From assembly GCF_004010195.1 (NCBI RefSeq), contig NC_057758.1, positions 7,714,107-7,746,454 of the forward strand: a DNA stretch of 32,348 nt, given 5' to 3'. The DNA is from Chiloscyllium plagiosum (Eukaryota). Shown here one piece after another: positions 21,930 to 32,348 of the stretch. The stretch's first letter is position 1. The number at the start of each line of letters is the position of its first letter. The position numbers were made by a program, and so were the translations under genes. Under the pieces are notes generated by a model. It saw only the letters and a program-made list of their open reading frames with translations, made no database searches and was not told the origin of the DNA.

Positions 21930-22720
21930 CACCTCGCCTGATAATCTGGCGAAGAATGAATGACGGAGTACAAACAAAATTCCTGTATTTATGGAAAAAA
22001 AAGATTTATTCTCTCACTCCAAACGAAAACATTAAACATCAACTATTCGCAACACTAAGCTTCCTATCTCCGAAAACTTTTTCGTCTTCATCCCACTCTA
22101 TAACAATATGCCAAACTGTTAAAGTCCCTAGTAGCTTTAAAGCAAACCAATTTTCAAAACTATTTGTCGCCTTCGCGTGTCAACCTTCCAGTGTTTGTAG
22201 ATTTCACACGGGTCTTTTCGGTTTTCTGCTGCAGATACGTTTCACATGAGAAGGAAACTTTTTACAGAGAAGCGTTGTGAGCAATCTGTATGACAACGTG
22301 AAGTGTTCGCTCTCTGGTTTACTGTCCAATCTGTCTGCTTTGTATACCCCCAAAACAGGATCATCTCATTGCTTAGATGTTGTCAAAGCAAAAACATTTA
22401 ATTTTGATATTTTTTAGTTCTTGGGGCATAACTAAAACCAATTTGTTGAATTCGAATTCTTGTGAAAACAATTCAGGATCTGAGTTCAAGCTTAGATGTT
22501 CTATCTTCAAATTGTCCAGTACACTTTGTGCATACCGTCAGACACATGATAGATGTTTGCCAGATTTTCAAGTTTCCCTCTCTCTTCAAGGTACAGGACA
22601 GGCCTTCAACTTCATAACACAACTGTGCATGCTTATCCCATGCCGACGTGCCTTTACTGATCATCTTTGGCCTCTCTTTTGACTCAAAGCGAAAGTGAGG
22701 CACACTGATCCAAAATTCAC
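21930..22720 (-). mobile_element. Putative 5' LTR/leader of the Gypsy element
   Basis: Non-coding, immediately upstream of gag, with a reverse-strand aataaa near 22005. There is no second LTR to confirm it, and PBS and TG..CA ends were not recognised. Confidence 0.4.
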
Positions 22721-22723
22721 TTT

Positions 22724-23609
22724 TTAAACTGTTTTATTTTTAAGCAATTTCACTGAAAGTGAAATTGGATATTTGAATACATTCTTCATCTGATCCCTGA
22801 ATTTGCTCAATGTCACGGTATAAATACAAATATTAGTACAGTAACTAGTGAGCTGGCAGATGTATCCAGTTTCTCTCATAAAATAATGGAGATAGATTGT
22901 CTTCAGTCCCAATTGCCACACTCTTTTCCAAATTGAATGGAGCACAAGGCTTGCCAATGACCGAACAAAGTTGGCTGAAATGAGAAACAACAAGAGTATG
23001 GACTTACTTCTACTCTCCATTTTTCGTTCATTGGCATTTTCCCCTCTGGTGAGAGTTTGGAGTCATCTGCGGGCTTTGTTGGCTATTAGGATACGCCTGA
23101 CACAAGCAGCATTGAACAGTACAGTCAAAAGAATTGCCAAACATGGGGTTAGAAGATGATGCGTGATTTCAATGAGACAGTTTAATACCTGCTCTTATCT
23201 TACAAAACCAAGGAAGGTTCTTGAGCTGTTAACATAAAATACCAAAATTTATTCTTTAAACAGCTCAGTATTGTCACCATTCCAAAATGACAGATGCAAT
23301 TTTCACGGTGCAATATTTACGTTTCAATTTCTGGCAACAAATGGCCACAAATCGATCAAACGTGAAAGCAACAGTGAACCAGACAAAACAGTCCGTGGCT
23401 GCATGGACAAGAACAGCAAGGATGTTACACACAGGTATGGACTTCTCAAACAGAAATTTTTGATTTATATACAATTGGAATATGCTTCAGTATCAGGTCA
23501 AGGATGTTGACCAATAGATCCGCCACTGACATGTAGACCAGATACCAACCGATGCATTTTGATAGACCACACTTCGCCCGAGAAATGATTGCAATAGCTA
23601 GTACGTTAA
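22724..23609 (-). pseudogene. GPR139/GPR142-like class A GPCR pseudogene (main coding exon, TM1 end to C-terminus)
   Basis: NVLAIAIISRAKCGLSKCIGWYLVYMSVADLLV; VCNI..ATDCFVWFTVAFTFDRFVAICC (DRF); LSCLKNKFWYF; PWFC; HHLLTP..FNAACVRRIL; MESRSKSILLLFLISANF; CTNICIYTVTLSKFRDQMK. About four frameshifts and an in-frame TGA at 23063-23065. Confidence 0.93.
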
Positions 23610-23689
23610 TTGCAAGAAAGGAAAATAAAACCTCCAAATTAACCATCAGTTAAGAAGTACACATTACGTCTGACAGCAGACAGGGGAGC

Positions 23690-23815
23690 AGAAGCCCAGA
23701 ATAAAGATACACCTCTTCGAGATGACATGTATGGCATCACTCAGTGTTGTGTACCTTTGAATTCCTTGCAGAGATTAGCTTTAAAGTCAGAGTGATTTTG
23801 CACATTTAAGTGATA
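23690..23815 (+). mobile_element. Short decayed CR1 3' fragment
   Basis: cactcagtgttgtgtacctttgaattccttg...catttaag resembles the FTQRVVxxWNSLP region. Confidence 0.4.
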
Positions 23816-23984
23816 CTCGGCTCAAGGTGCTCACCCCCCCTACTACCTCCAGAAATGCTGTCCTGAAGAACAGCCATATTGGACTTAAACAGGTCTCAGG
23901 TAAGAATGTTCCAGATGACCAAAGGGGTTCAGAACCGGGAATGGGGTGCTAGTTGTGCTCACAGTACAAGTTTTGGCATAGGGC

Positions 23985-24068
23985 TGAAGTGGAACGTGAA
24001 CTCTGTTTTTCCCTCTCTCTTTCCACAGATGCTGCCAGACCTGCTGAGCTTCTCCAAGGTTTGTTCTG
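23985..24068 (+). mobile_element. Penelope-like terminal repeat fragment
   Basis: gaacgtgaactctgtttt...ccacagatgctgccagacctgctgagcttctcca; related to 1253-1288 and, in reverse, to 29675-29742. Confidence 0.7.
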
Positions 24069-26933
24069 ATATCCTCTGTGTCAATGGCCTGAGAGGTATA
24101 CTCACTGGGCATCAGTGAACATTTCAATGAAGGCAATGTGCAGACATTTTGCTGTTAATCGAAAGAAGACCTACAGGATGAAGTAAGACTGGAACATAAA
24201 GTTTGCTTGTCTGGAACAGCATCACAAATGGTGCAGCTAATTCCTTCAGCCCATAAGATTATTCCTAAAGTTGGAATAGATTTTGGACGTAATGGTCTCA
24301 ATGGAGGCCAAGACTGAAAAGGCATGAGCCATGTCTGGCTGAAGAAAAAATGTTATGAATTCTACATATTGATTCTTCGACCCTGTTAAGGTCTGTATAA
24401 GATGGGGGCTTTCGCCAAACTTGAACTCTCTGTTCCATGAGTTACAACTGAATGTTTGTAGAATGGCCGATACTCAATCTCACCTATATCTTCCGGAATG
24501 ACTTAGCTCTGTCGCTCGCATGCTACTCGTGCTGCTTGTGAAACAAGTCCTGGATTACACCTCTTCATCAAGGTTGCATCCCATCTTTCGAATTTGCTTG
24601 ATCCTGCTCTTCGAACGTCTCCTTTAATAATGATTTAGTCGCCTGCTTTAAGCTGAATGTTTGAATAAACGAAAAACACTTCAATCTCATGCTGCCATGT
24701 CCCATTTGAAGCTTTTGTATTTAGAACATAGAACATAGAACAATACAGCGCAGAACAGGCCCTTCAGCCCTCGATGTTGTGCCGACATGTGAACTACTCT
24801 CAGCTCGTCGTACACTATTCCAAAATCATCCATATGCTTAACTGAAGATTGTTTACATTTCTCAAATGTGGCTATATTTAACTACATTAGCAGGTAGGGA
24901 ATTCCTCGCCATTACTACGCTCTGAGTAAATAACCTGCCTCTAACATCTGTCTTATATCTATCACCTCTCAATTTGTAGATATGAACACTCGTACAAGCT
25001 GACGTCATCATCCAAGGGAAAGGTCTTCCTCTGTCTACCCGATCTAATCCTTTGATCATCTTATATGCCTGTATTAAATCCCCTCTTGGCCTTCCCCTTT
25101 CAAATGAGAACAGACGCAAGTCTCTCAGTCTTTCCTCATAAGACCTTCCCTCCAGACCAGGCAACATCCTGGTAAATCTCCTCTGAACCTTTTCCAATGC
25201 TTCCACATCCTTCCTGAAATATGGGACCAAAACTGTGCACAATATTCAAAGTGTGGCCGCACCAGCATTTTGTATAGTTGCAACATGATGTTGCGGCTCC
25301 AGAACTCAGTCCCTCATTGAATGAAACCTAACAAACCGTATGCCTTCTTAATAGCACTATCAACCTGGGTGGCAACTTTCAGGGATCTATGTACATGGAC
25401 GCCAAGATCCCTCTGCACATCCACATGACCAATAATTTTTCCATTGACCCAGTACTCTGCCTTCCTGTTTTTCTTCTTTCCACAGATGCTGCCAGACCTG
25501 CTGAGCTTCTCCAAGGTTTGTTCTGATATCCTCTGTGTCAATGGCCTGAGAGGTATACTCACTGGGCATCAGTGAACATTTCAATGAAGGCAATGTGCAG
25601 ACATTTTGCTGTTAATCGAAAGAAGACCTACAGGATGAAGTAAGACTGGAACATAAAGTTTGCTTGTCTGGAACAGCATCACAAATGGTGCAGCTAATTC
25701 CTTCAGCCCATAAGATTATTCCTAAAGTTGGAATAGATTTTGGACGTAATGGTCTCAATGGAGGCCAAGACTGAAAAGGCATGAGCCATGTCTGGCTGAA
25801 GAAAAAATGTTATGAATTCTACATATTGATTCTTCGACCCTGTTAAGGTCTGTATAAGATGGGGGATTTCGCCAAACTTGAACTCTCTGTTCCATGAGTT
25901 ACAACTGAATGTTTGTAGAATGGCCGATACTCAATCTCACCTATATCTTCCGGAATGACTTAGCTCTGTCGCTCGCATGCTACTCGTGCTGCTTGTGAAA
26001 CAAGTCCTGGATTACACCTCTTCATCAAGGTTGCATCCCATCTTTCGAATTTGCTTGATCCTGCTCTTCGAAAGTCTCCTTTAATAATGATTTAGTCGCC
26101 TGCTTTAAGCTGAATGTTTGAATAAACGAAAAACACTTCAATCTCATGCTGCCATGTCCCATTTGAAGCTTTTGTATTTAGAACATAGAACATAGAACAA
26201 TACAGCGCAGAACAGGCCCTTCAGCCCTCGATGTTGTACCGACATGTGAACTACTCTCAGCTCGTCGTACACTATTCCAAAATCATCCATATGCTTAACT
26301 AAAGATTGTTTACATTTCTCAAATGTGGCTATATTTAACTACATTAGCAGGTAGGGAATTCCACGCCATTACTACGCTCTGAGTAAAGAACCTGCCTCTA
26401 ACATCTGTCTTAAATCTATCACCCCTCAATTTGTAGATATGCCCACTCTTACAAGCTGATGTCATCATCCTAGGGAAAGGTCTTCCTCTGTCTACCCGAT
26501 CTAATCCTTTGATCATCTTATATGCCTGTATTAAATCCCCTCTTGGCCTTCTCCTTTCAAATGAGAACAGACCCAAGTCTCTCAGTCTTTCCTCATAAGA
26601 CCTTCCCTCCAGACCAGGCAACATCGTGGTAAATCTCCTCTGAACCTTTTCCAATGCTTCCACATCCTTCCTGAAATATGGGACCAAAAGTGTGCACAAT
26701 ATTCAAAGTGAGGCCGCACCAGCATTTTGTATAGTTGCAACATGATATTGCTGCTCCAGAACTCAGTCCCTCGTTGAATGAAACCTAACAAACCGTATGC
26801 CTTCTTAATAGCACTATCAACCTGGGTGGCAACTTTCCGGAATCTATGTACATGGATGCCAAGATCCCTCTGCACATCCACATGACCAATAATTTTTCCA
26901 TTGACCCAGTACTCTGCCTTGCTGTTTTTCTTC
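24019..26933. repeat. Tandem duplication with 1457-bp period (24019-25475, 25476-26932)
   Basis: Direct sequence identity. ORFs 24862..25242 and 26319..26699 are offset by exactly 1457. Confidence 0.98.
24722..25476 (-). mobile_element. CR1/HER1-type LINE 3' end (duplicated copy)
   Basis: PYFRKDVEALEKVQRRFTRMLPGLEG; (ttctatg)n tail seen as tagaacatagaacatagaaca. Confidence 0.95.
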
Positions 26934-29495
26934 CCAAAGTGCATCACCTCACATTTAGCTGCATTGAACTCCATTTGCCACCTCTCAGCCCAATTCTGCA
27001 GTTTATCTAAGTCCCTCTGCAAACTGTAACATTCTTCCAAACTGCCCACTACTCCACCGACATTCGTGCCATCTGCAAACTTACTAACACATCCACCTAT
27101 GTCTGCGTCTATGTCATTTATAAAAATGACAAACAGCAGTGGTCCCAAAACAGATCCTTGCGGCACACCACTCGTAACCGGACACCAGACTGAATATTTT
27201 CCATCAACCAGCACTCGCTGCCTTCTTTCAGAAAGCCAGTTTCTAAGCCAAACTGCTAAATCACTCTCAATTCCATGACTCTATATTTTCTCTAACATCC
27301 TGCCATGTGGAAACCTATCAAAGGCTTTAATGAAGCACATGTATACCACGTGAACTGCCCTACCATCATCTACATGCTCGGTCAATTTCTCAGAAAACTC
27401 AGTGAGGTTTGTGAGACAAGACCTGCCCTTGAGCAAACCATGTTGACTATCAGAAATGAAATTGTTCCTTAATAGATGATTATAAATCTTATCACTTAAA
27501 ATCCTTTTCAAAACCTTTCCGCCAACACAACTAAGGTTCACTGGTCTATAATTATCTGGGTCATCTCTACTGCCCTTCTTGAACAAGGGCACAGTATTTG
27601 CAAACCCCCAGTCCTCTGCTACTAAACCTGCAGACAATGATGACTCAAATATCAAAGCCAAAGGCTCTGATATCTCCTCCAGAGCTTCCCAGAGAATCCT
27701 CGGTAAATCCCATCCGGCATCGGGGACTTGCCTACTCTCTAGAATTGTTAGCACCTGTTCATATTTAACCTGAATCCTGTTCAGTCTAATATCTCGTACC
27801 TCATTCTTCTCTGCATTATTCTCCTTTTCCTGAGTGAAAACAGATGAGAAAGGTTCGTTCAGCACCTCTCGGATCTCCACAGGGTCCACAATTAACTTCC
27901 CACTTCTGTCTTTGACTGGCCCTATTCCTACCCGAGTCATCCTTTTATTCCTCACACATCTATGGAAAGCTTGAGGGTTCTCCTTTATTCTAACTTAAAA
28001 TCCTTTTCAAAACCTTTCCGCCAACACAACTAAGGCTCACTGGTCTATAATTATCTGGGTCATCTCTACTGCCATTCTTGAACAAGGGCACAGTATTTGC
28101 AAACCTCCAGTCCTCTGCTACTAAACCTGCAGACAATGATGACTCAAATATAAAAGCCAAAGGCTCTGATATCTCCTCCAGAGCTTCCCAGAGAATCCTC
28201 GGTAAATCCCATCCGGCATCGTGGACTTGCCGACTCTCTAGAATTGTTAGCACCTGTTCATATTTAACCTGAATCCTTTTCAGTCTAATATCTCGTACCT
28301 CATTCTTCTCTGCATTATTCTCCTTTTCCTGAGTGAAAACAGATGAGAAATGTTCGTTCAGCACCTCTCGGATCTCCACAGGGTCCACACTTAACTTCCC
28401 ACTTCTGTCTTTGACTGGCCCTATTCCTACCCGAGTCATCCTTTTATTCCTCACACATCTATGGAAAGCTTGAGGGTTCTCCTTTATTCTATTTGCTAAA
28501 GACTGCTTGTGTCGTCTCTTTGCTCTTCTTAACACTCTGTTTAATTCCATCCTAGCTGATCTGTAACTCTCCATCACCACATCTGAACCATCTTGCCTAA
28601 TCAACAAATAAGCCTCCTCCTTCTTCTTAACAAGAGATGCAATTTCTGTAATAAACTACAATTCCCTTACCTTATCACTTCCTCCCTGACTGACAGAGAC
28701 ATAACTATCAAGGACACACAATATTTGTCCTTAACACCTCCACAGCTCGACATTTCCATTGTCTGCATTCCCTGCGTTTTGCTACCTCATTCTATGCATC
28801 CTAACTCTTGCGTAATCGCATTATAATTGCCCTTGCCCCGTCGATACATCTTGACCTGTGGCATGTACCTATCCCTAACCATCGCGAAAATAAACGTAAT
28901 TGAATGATGGGTACTATCCCCAAATTGCTCTCCTAAAACTAAATCAAACACATTGCCTGGTTCATTACCAAGAAGCAGAACCACTGTGGCCTCCCCTCTT
29001 GTCGGGCTTTCAACATACTGTGTCAGGAAACTCTCCTGCTCACATTGGACAAAAACTGATCCATCCTACTTACGAGAGTTATGGCATTTCCCATCAATGT
29101 TGGGCAAGTTAAAGTCCCCCATAAGGACCATCTTGTTCCGCCCACTCCTACTCAGAATAATTTTGCTCATCCTCTCTTCCACCTCCCTGGAACTCTGCGG
29201 AGTCATATAAAAAGCTCCAAGCAGTGTGCTCTCTCCTTTCCTGTTTCTAACCTCAGCCCACACTATCTCAGTAGAAGAGTCCTCATCTAAGGTTCTCTTG
29301 GCCACTGTTATACTATTCTTGTCTAACAAGGCCAAACCGCCCTCTCCTTTACCGCCTTGCCTGTTCTTAATGAAAGATTTAAACCCTGAAACCTGCAACA
29401 TCCATTCCTCGCCCTGCTCTATCCATATCTCCGAAATAGCCATAACATCGAAGTCACATGTAGCTATCCATGCTGCAATCTCACCTACCTCATTT
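26179..29495 (-). mobile_element. CR1/HER1-type LINE, 5'-truncated, nearly full ORF2 (APE + RT), frameshifted
   Basis: APE (MAISEIW, GGLALL, MGDFNLPNID), linker (KENPQAF), RT (NYRPV, SQHG, GVPQGSVLGPLLF, FADGT, WQMEFN), 3' UTR and heptamer tail. Confidence 0.97.
27494..28491. repeat. 499-bp tandem duplication inside LINE ORF2 (27494-27992, 27993-28491)
   Basis: Units run acttaaaatccttttcaaaacc...ctcctttattcta. ORFs at 27579 and 28078 are offset by 499. Confidence 0.98.
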
Positions 29496-29674
29496 CACCT
29501 CCGACTGTTAGAATCTCCAAAGAATACATGTGCAACTTTGAAATTTAACACTATTCTTTCCAATTAATATCGCCCTGTCCCTTCTCTTTCTATGTTTCTC
29601 ACGTCCCTGCCTCCATTTGTCCAAAAGAATAACTAGGATTGTTTAAATAACAGTGATGAACTGCTGGGCGTCTG

Positions 29675-30120
29675 AACCAAAAGCAGAAACGGCTGGAGAA
29701 ACTTGCCAGGTCTGAGGGAATCTGGGAAGAGGGGAGCTGAGTCAATGGTACAGTGGCTCTGTGGTTAGCACTGTCTCTTCACGCCACCAGGGACTCGGAT
29801 TTGATTCCTTCCTAATGCAACTGTCTGTGTGGAGTTTGCACATTCTCCCCGTGTTGCCTGGGTTTCTTCTTCGTGTTCCGGTTTCATCCCACAGTCGAAA
29901 GATGCGCAGAATAGGTGAACTGGCCATTCTAAGTTAACCACTGTTTTCAGGGGTGTGTTGGTTAGGTGCATTAGTCTGGCGTAAATGCAGAATAGTGGGG
30001 AACAGGTCTGGGTGAGTTACTCTTCAGAGTGTCGGTCTGGACTAGTGGGCCAAACGACCTGTTTCCATACCGAAGGGATGGCATTCTTCATGTTTCAAGT
30101 CCTGTCTTCCTTCTTCAGAA
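29675..30120 (-). mobile_element. Penelope-like terminal repeat split by a SINE (pieces about 29675-29745 and 30088-30120)
   Basis: The left piece matches the reverse complement of 23995-24065. The right piece reads ttctgaagaaggaagacaggacttgaaacat on the minus strand. Confidence 0.65.
29745..30087 (+). mobile_element. HE1-like tRNA-derived SINE
   Basis: ggtacagtggctctgtggttagcactg head, ctgtgtggagtttgcacattctccccgtg core, gggccaaacgacctgtttcc tail. Confidence 0.92.
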
Positions 30121-30479
30121 ATTAGTACTGTTATACCCACTCCCGTGTCGGTTAGAGGATTCAGCTGTCACCGTTTCATCTCTGCTGCTTTTACAAAGAA
30201 CCTGTGGCGTTTCCTGGGAGAGTCATGCCTCGATTGGGAAGGATGCTGCCTCTAAGTGGACTGTGAAGAAGAGAAGACATCAGGGAATCTGCACAGCAGG
30301 TTCGAAAAATGATATATGTTTGGGGGGCCGGGGGGGGGATCAGATTGACATTTTGGACACACTGGCTGCATTCACCGATTTAGTAATTCACTGTACCCAC
30401 ATTTGACTGTCTACAGAGTTTAGGCCAAGGCATTTTCACACTGTTCTTATTTAGCTCTGCAAATGTAATGGCTGTAAAA

Positions 30480-32173
30480 GAATAACGAAGCACAATGAAC
30501 AAAATACGAAAAGATAAACTGCACAGGAACAGGCGCTTTGACCGTCCAAGCCCGCGCTGATCCAGAGTCCCTATCTAACCCTGTCACCTATTTTCTAATT
30601 ATCTGTATCCCTTTGCTCCATGCCCATTCATGTATCTGTCGAGATACATCTTAAATGACGTTATAATGCCTGCTTCTACCATATCCACTGGCAAAGTGTT
30701 TGAGGCACCCAGAACAATCTGTGTAAACCATTTTCCATCATATCTCCCTTCAAACTTTCCAATCTCACACTGACCTCGTGATCCTTCGTACCGAGTTCTC
30801 CAGTCTGTGAAAAAAACCTTTCTGCTATTCACCACGTGTTTATCTCTCAAGATTCTGTTTACCTCAATCAATTCCCCCTCAACTTTTGTCTTTCTAAGGA
30901 AAGTAGTTCCAACGTACTCTATCTCTCTTCACAGCTTGCGCCCTTCATATCAGGCAATATCCCGGTGAACCTCCTCTGCACGCTCACCAAAGCAACCACA
31001 TCCTTTTGATAATGTGGCGACCAGAACCGTACCAGAACTGAACCAAATGTGGCGATCCGATGTCCTGTACAATTGCAACATGATCTGTCAACTCTTGTAC
31101 TCGATACCCTGTCCAATGAAGGAAAGCATGTCCTCTGTCTTCTTGACCACGCTATCGACCTGCTTTGCCACATTCAGGCTACAATGGAACGGATCACGCA
31201 AATCTCTCTGGTCATCAATTTTCTTCAGGGCATTTCCATTTACCGTATTATTCGTTCCTGAATTGAAACTTCCAAAATATTTCATGATACTTCGCCCGGA
31301 TTGAACTCCACCTGTCATTTCTCCTCCAAACTCTCCAGTGTGTCCATATGCTGCTGAATACTCAAACAGTCCCCTTCACTATCTGCTCCTCCATCAATCC
31401 GAGAGTCATCTTCAAACCTGCTCATCAGAACACCTCTCCTTCCTGCAGGTCATTTATGTATACCACAAACAACAGTGGTCACAACACGCATCCCCGTGGA
31501 AATCCACTCTTCACAGCAACTCCCTTCCCGACGACTCGATGTCTTCTGCTTCACAGCCAGTTCTCTATCCATATAGCTAGTACACCCTGTACCCCATGCA
31601 ACTTCACTTTCTCGACCAGACTGTAATGGGGAAACTGATCAAACGCCTTCAAAAAGTACATGTTTTTGACCACTACAGCCCTTCCCTCATCAATCAACTT
31701 TATCAATTCCACAAGTAATTCTATTAAGTTTGTAAGACATTACTTTCCCTCCACAAAGCCATGCTGCCGGTTACCAATAAACCCATTTTCTTGCAAATCT
31801 AAATAGTTCCTTTGCCTCAGTATGTTCTCCAGCAGCTTCACCGCCGCTGACGTCAGGCTCATTGGTCTATAATTACCTGGGCTATCTCTCCTGACCTTCT
31901 TAAAAAATGCGACACCAGTCCTTTGGGACTTCAGCCGCGTTCAAGGATGCTGCAGAGATATCTCTGAAGATCCCAGCTCTTGCCACTCTCCCTTCCCTCA
32001 TTATCTTGAGCAAGATCCTATCTGGATATCGGAGTTGTTCGCTTTTATGCGTTTCAGACTACCAACAATTTCCTCCCTATTTATGCCGACTTTATCGAGT
32101 GTAATCAAACATCCGACCCTAACCTCAACATCCGTCATTTCCCTATCTTTGATGAATACTGAGGCAAAGTACT
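30480..32173 (-). mobile_element. CR1 LINE RT and 3' end, decayed
   Basis: RFWSPHYQKDVVALVSVQRRFTGILP; QRDL..HCSLNVAKQVD; WFTQIVLG; SFKMYLDRYMN. Confidence 0.92.
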
Positions 32174-32348
32174 ATGGAGTTCAACCCTGTCAAGTGTGAG
32201 GTTGTCCATTTTGAAGGACAAATAAGAATGCGGAATACAGGGTTAAAGGTAGGGTTCTTAGTAAAGTGGAGGAGCAGAGGGATCTTGGGGTCTATGTTCA
32301 TAGCTCTTTGAAAGTTGCCACTCAGGTGGATAGAGCTTGTAAGAAGGC
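32174..32348 (+). mobile_element. Younger CR1 RT C-terminal fragment, running off the window
   Basis: MEFNPVKCEVVHF / RTNKNAEYRVKGRVLSKVEEQRDLGVYVHSSLKVATQVDRACKK. Confidence 0.93.

Noticed and set aside
30480..32348. Opposed CR1 pieces as one twin-primed inversion
   Set aside because: They overlap in RT coordinates and differ in decay, so they are separate insertions.

Overview
Eukaryotic, repeat-dense genomic DNA, very likely from a cartilaginous fish (shark). That assignment is inferred from HE1-type SINEs, CR1/HER1-type LINEs and a shark-type GPR139-like receptor. I can support no intact host gene. Contents: (1) many CR1-clade LINE pieces, including an open ORF1 with an SGNH esterase (151-999) and a near full-length but broken ORF2 (26180-29495); (2) three tRNA-derived HE1-like SINEs; (3) Penelope-like element (PLE) fragments with GIY-YIG remnants and terminal repeats carrying decayed minimal hammerhead-ribozyme motifs; (4) a decayed Gypsy LTR retrotransposon with Gmr1-type order (integrase before RT); (5) a GPR139/GPR142-like 7TM receptor pseudogene exon; (6) five head-to-tail duplications of 80-1457 bp. 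I did not find convincing evidence of a new biological system. The best leads are the hammerhead-like motifs, a codon-precise inversion inside a PLE, a 1457-bp duplication whose two halves differ about tenfold in divergence, and a minisatellite apparently derived from LINE RT codons. All alignments were done by eye, family consensus motifs are recalled rather than searched, and boundaries of old repeats are approximate.
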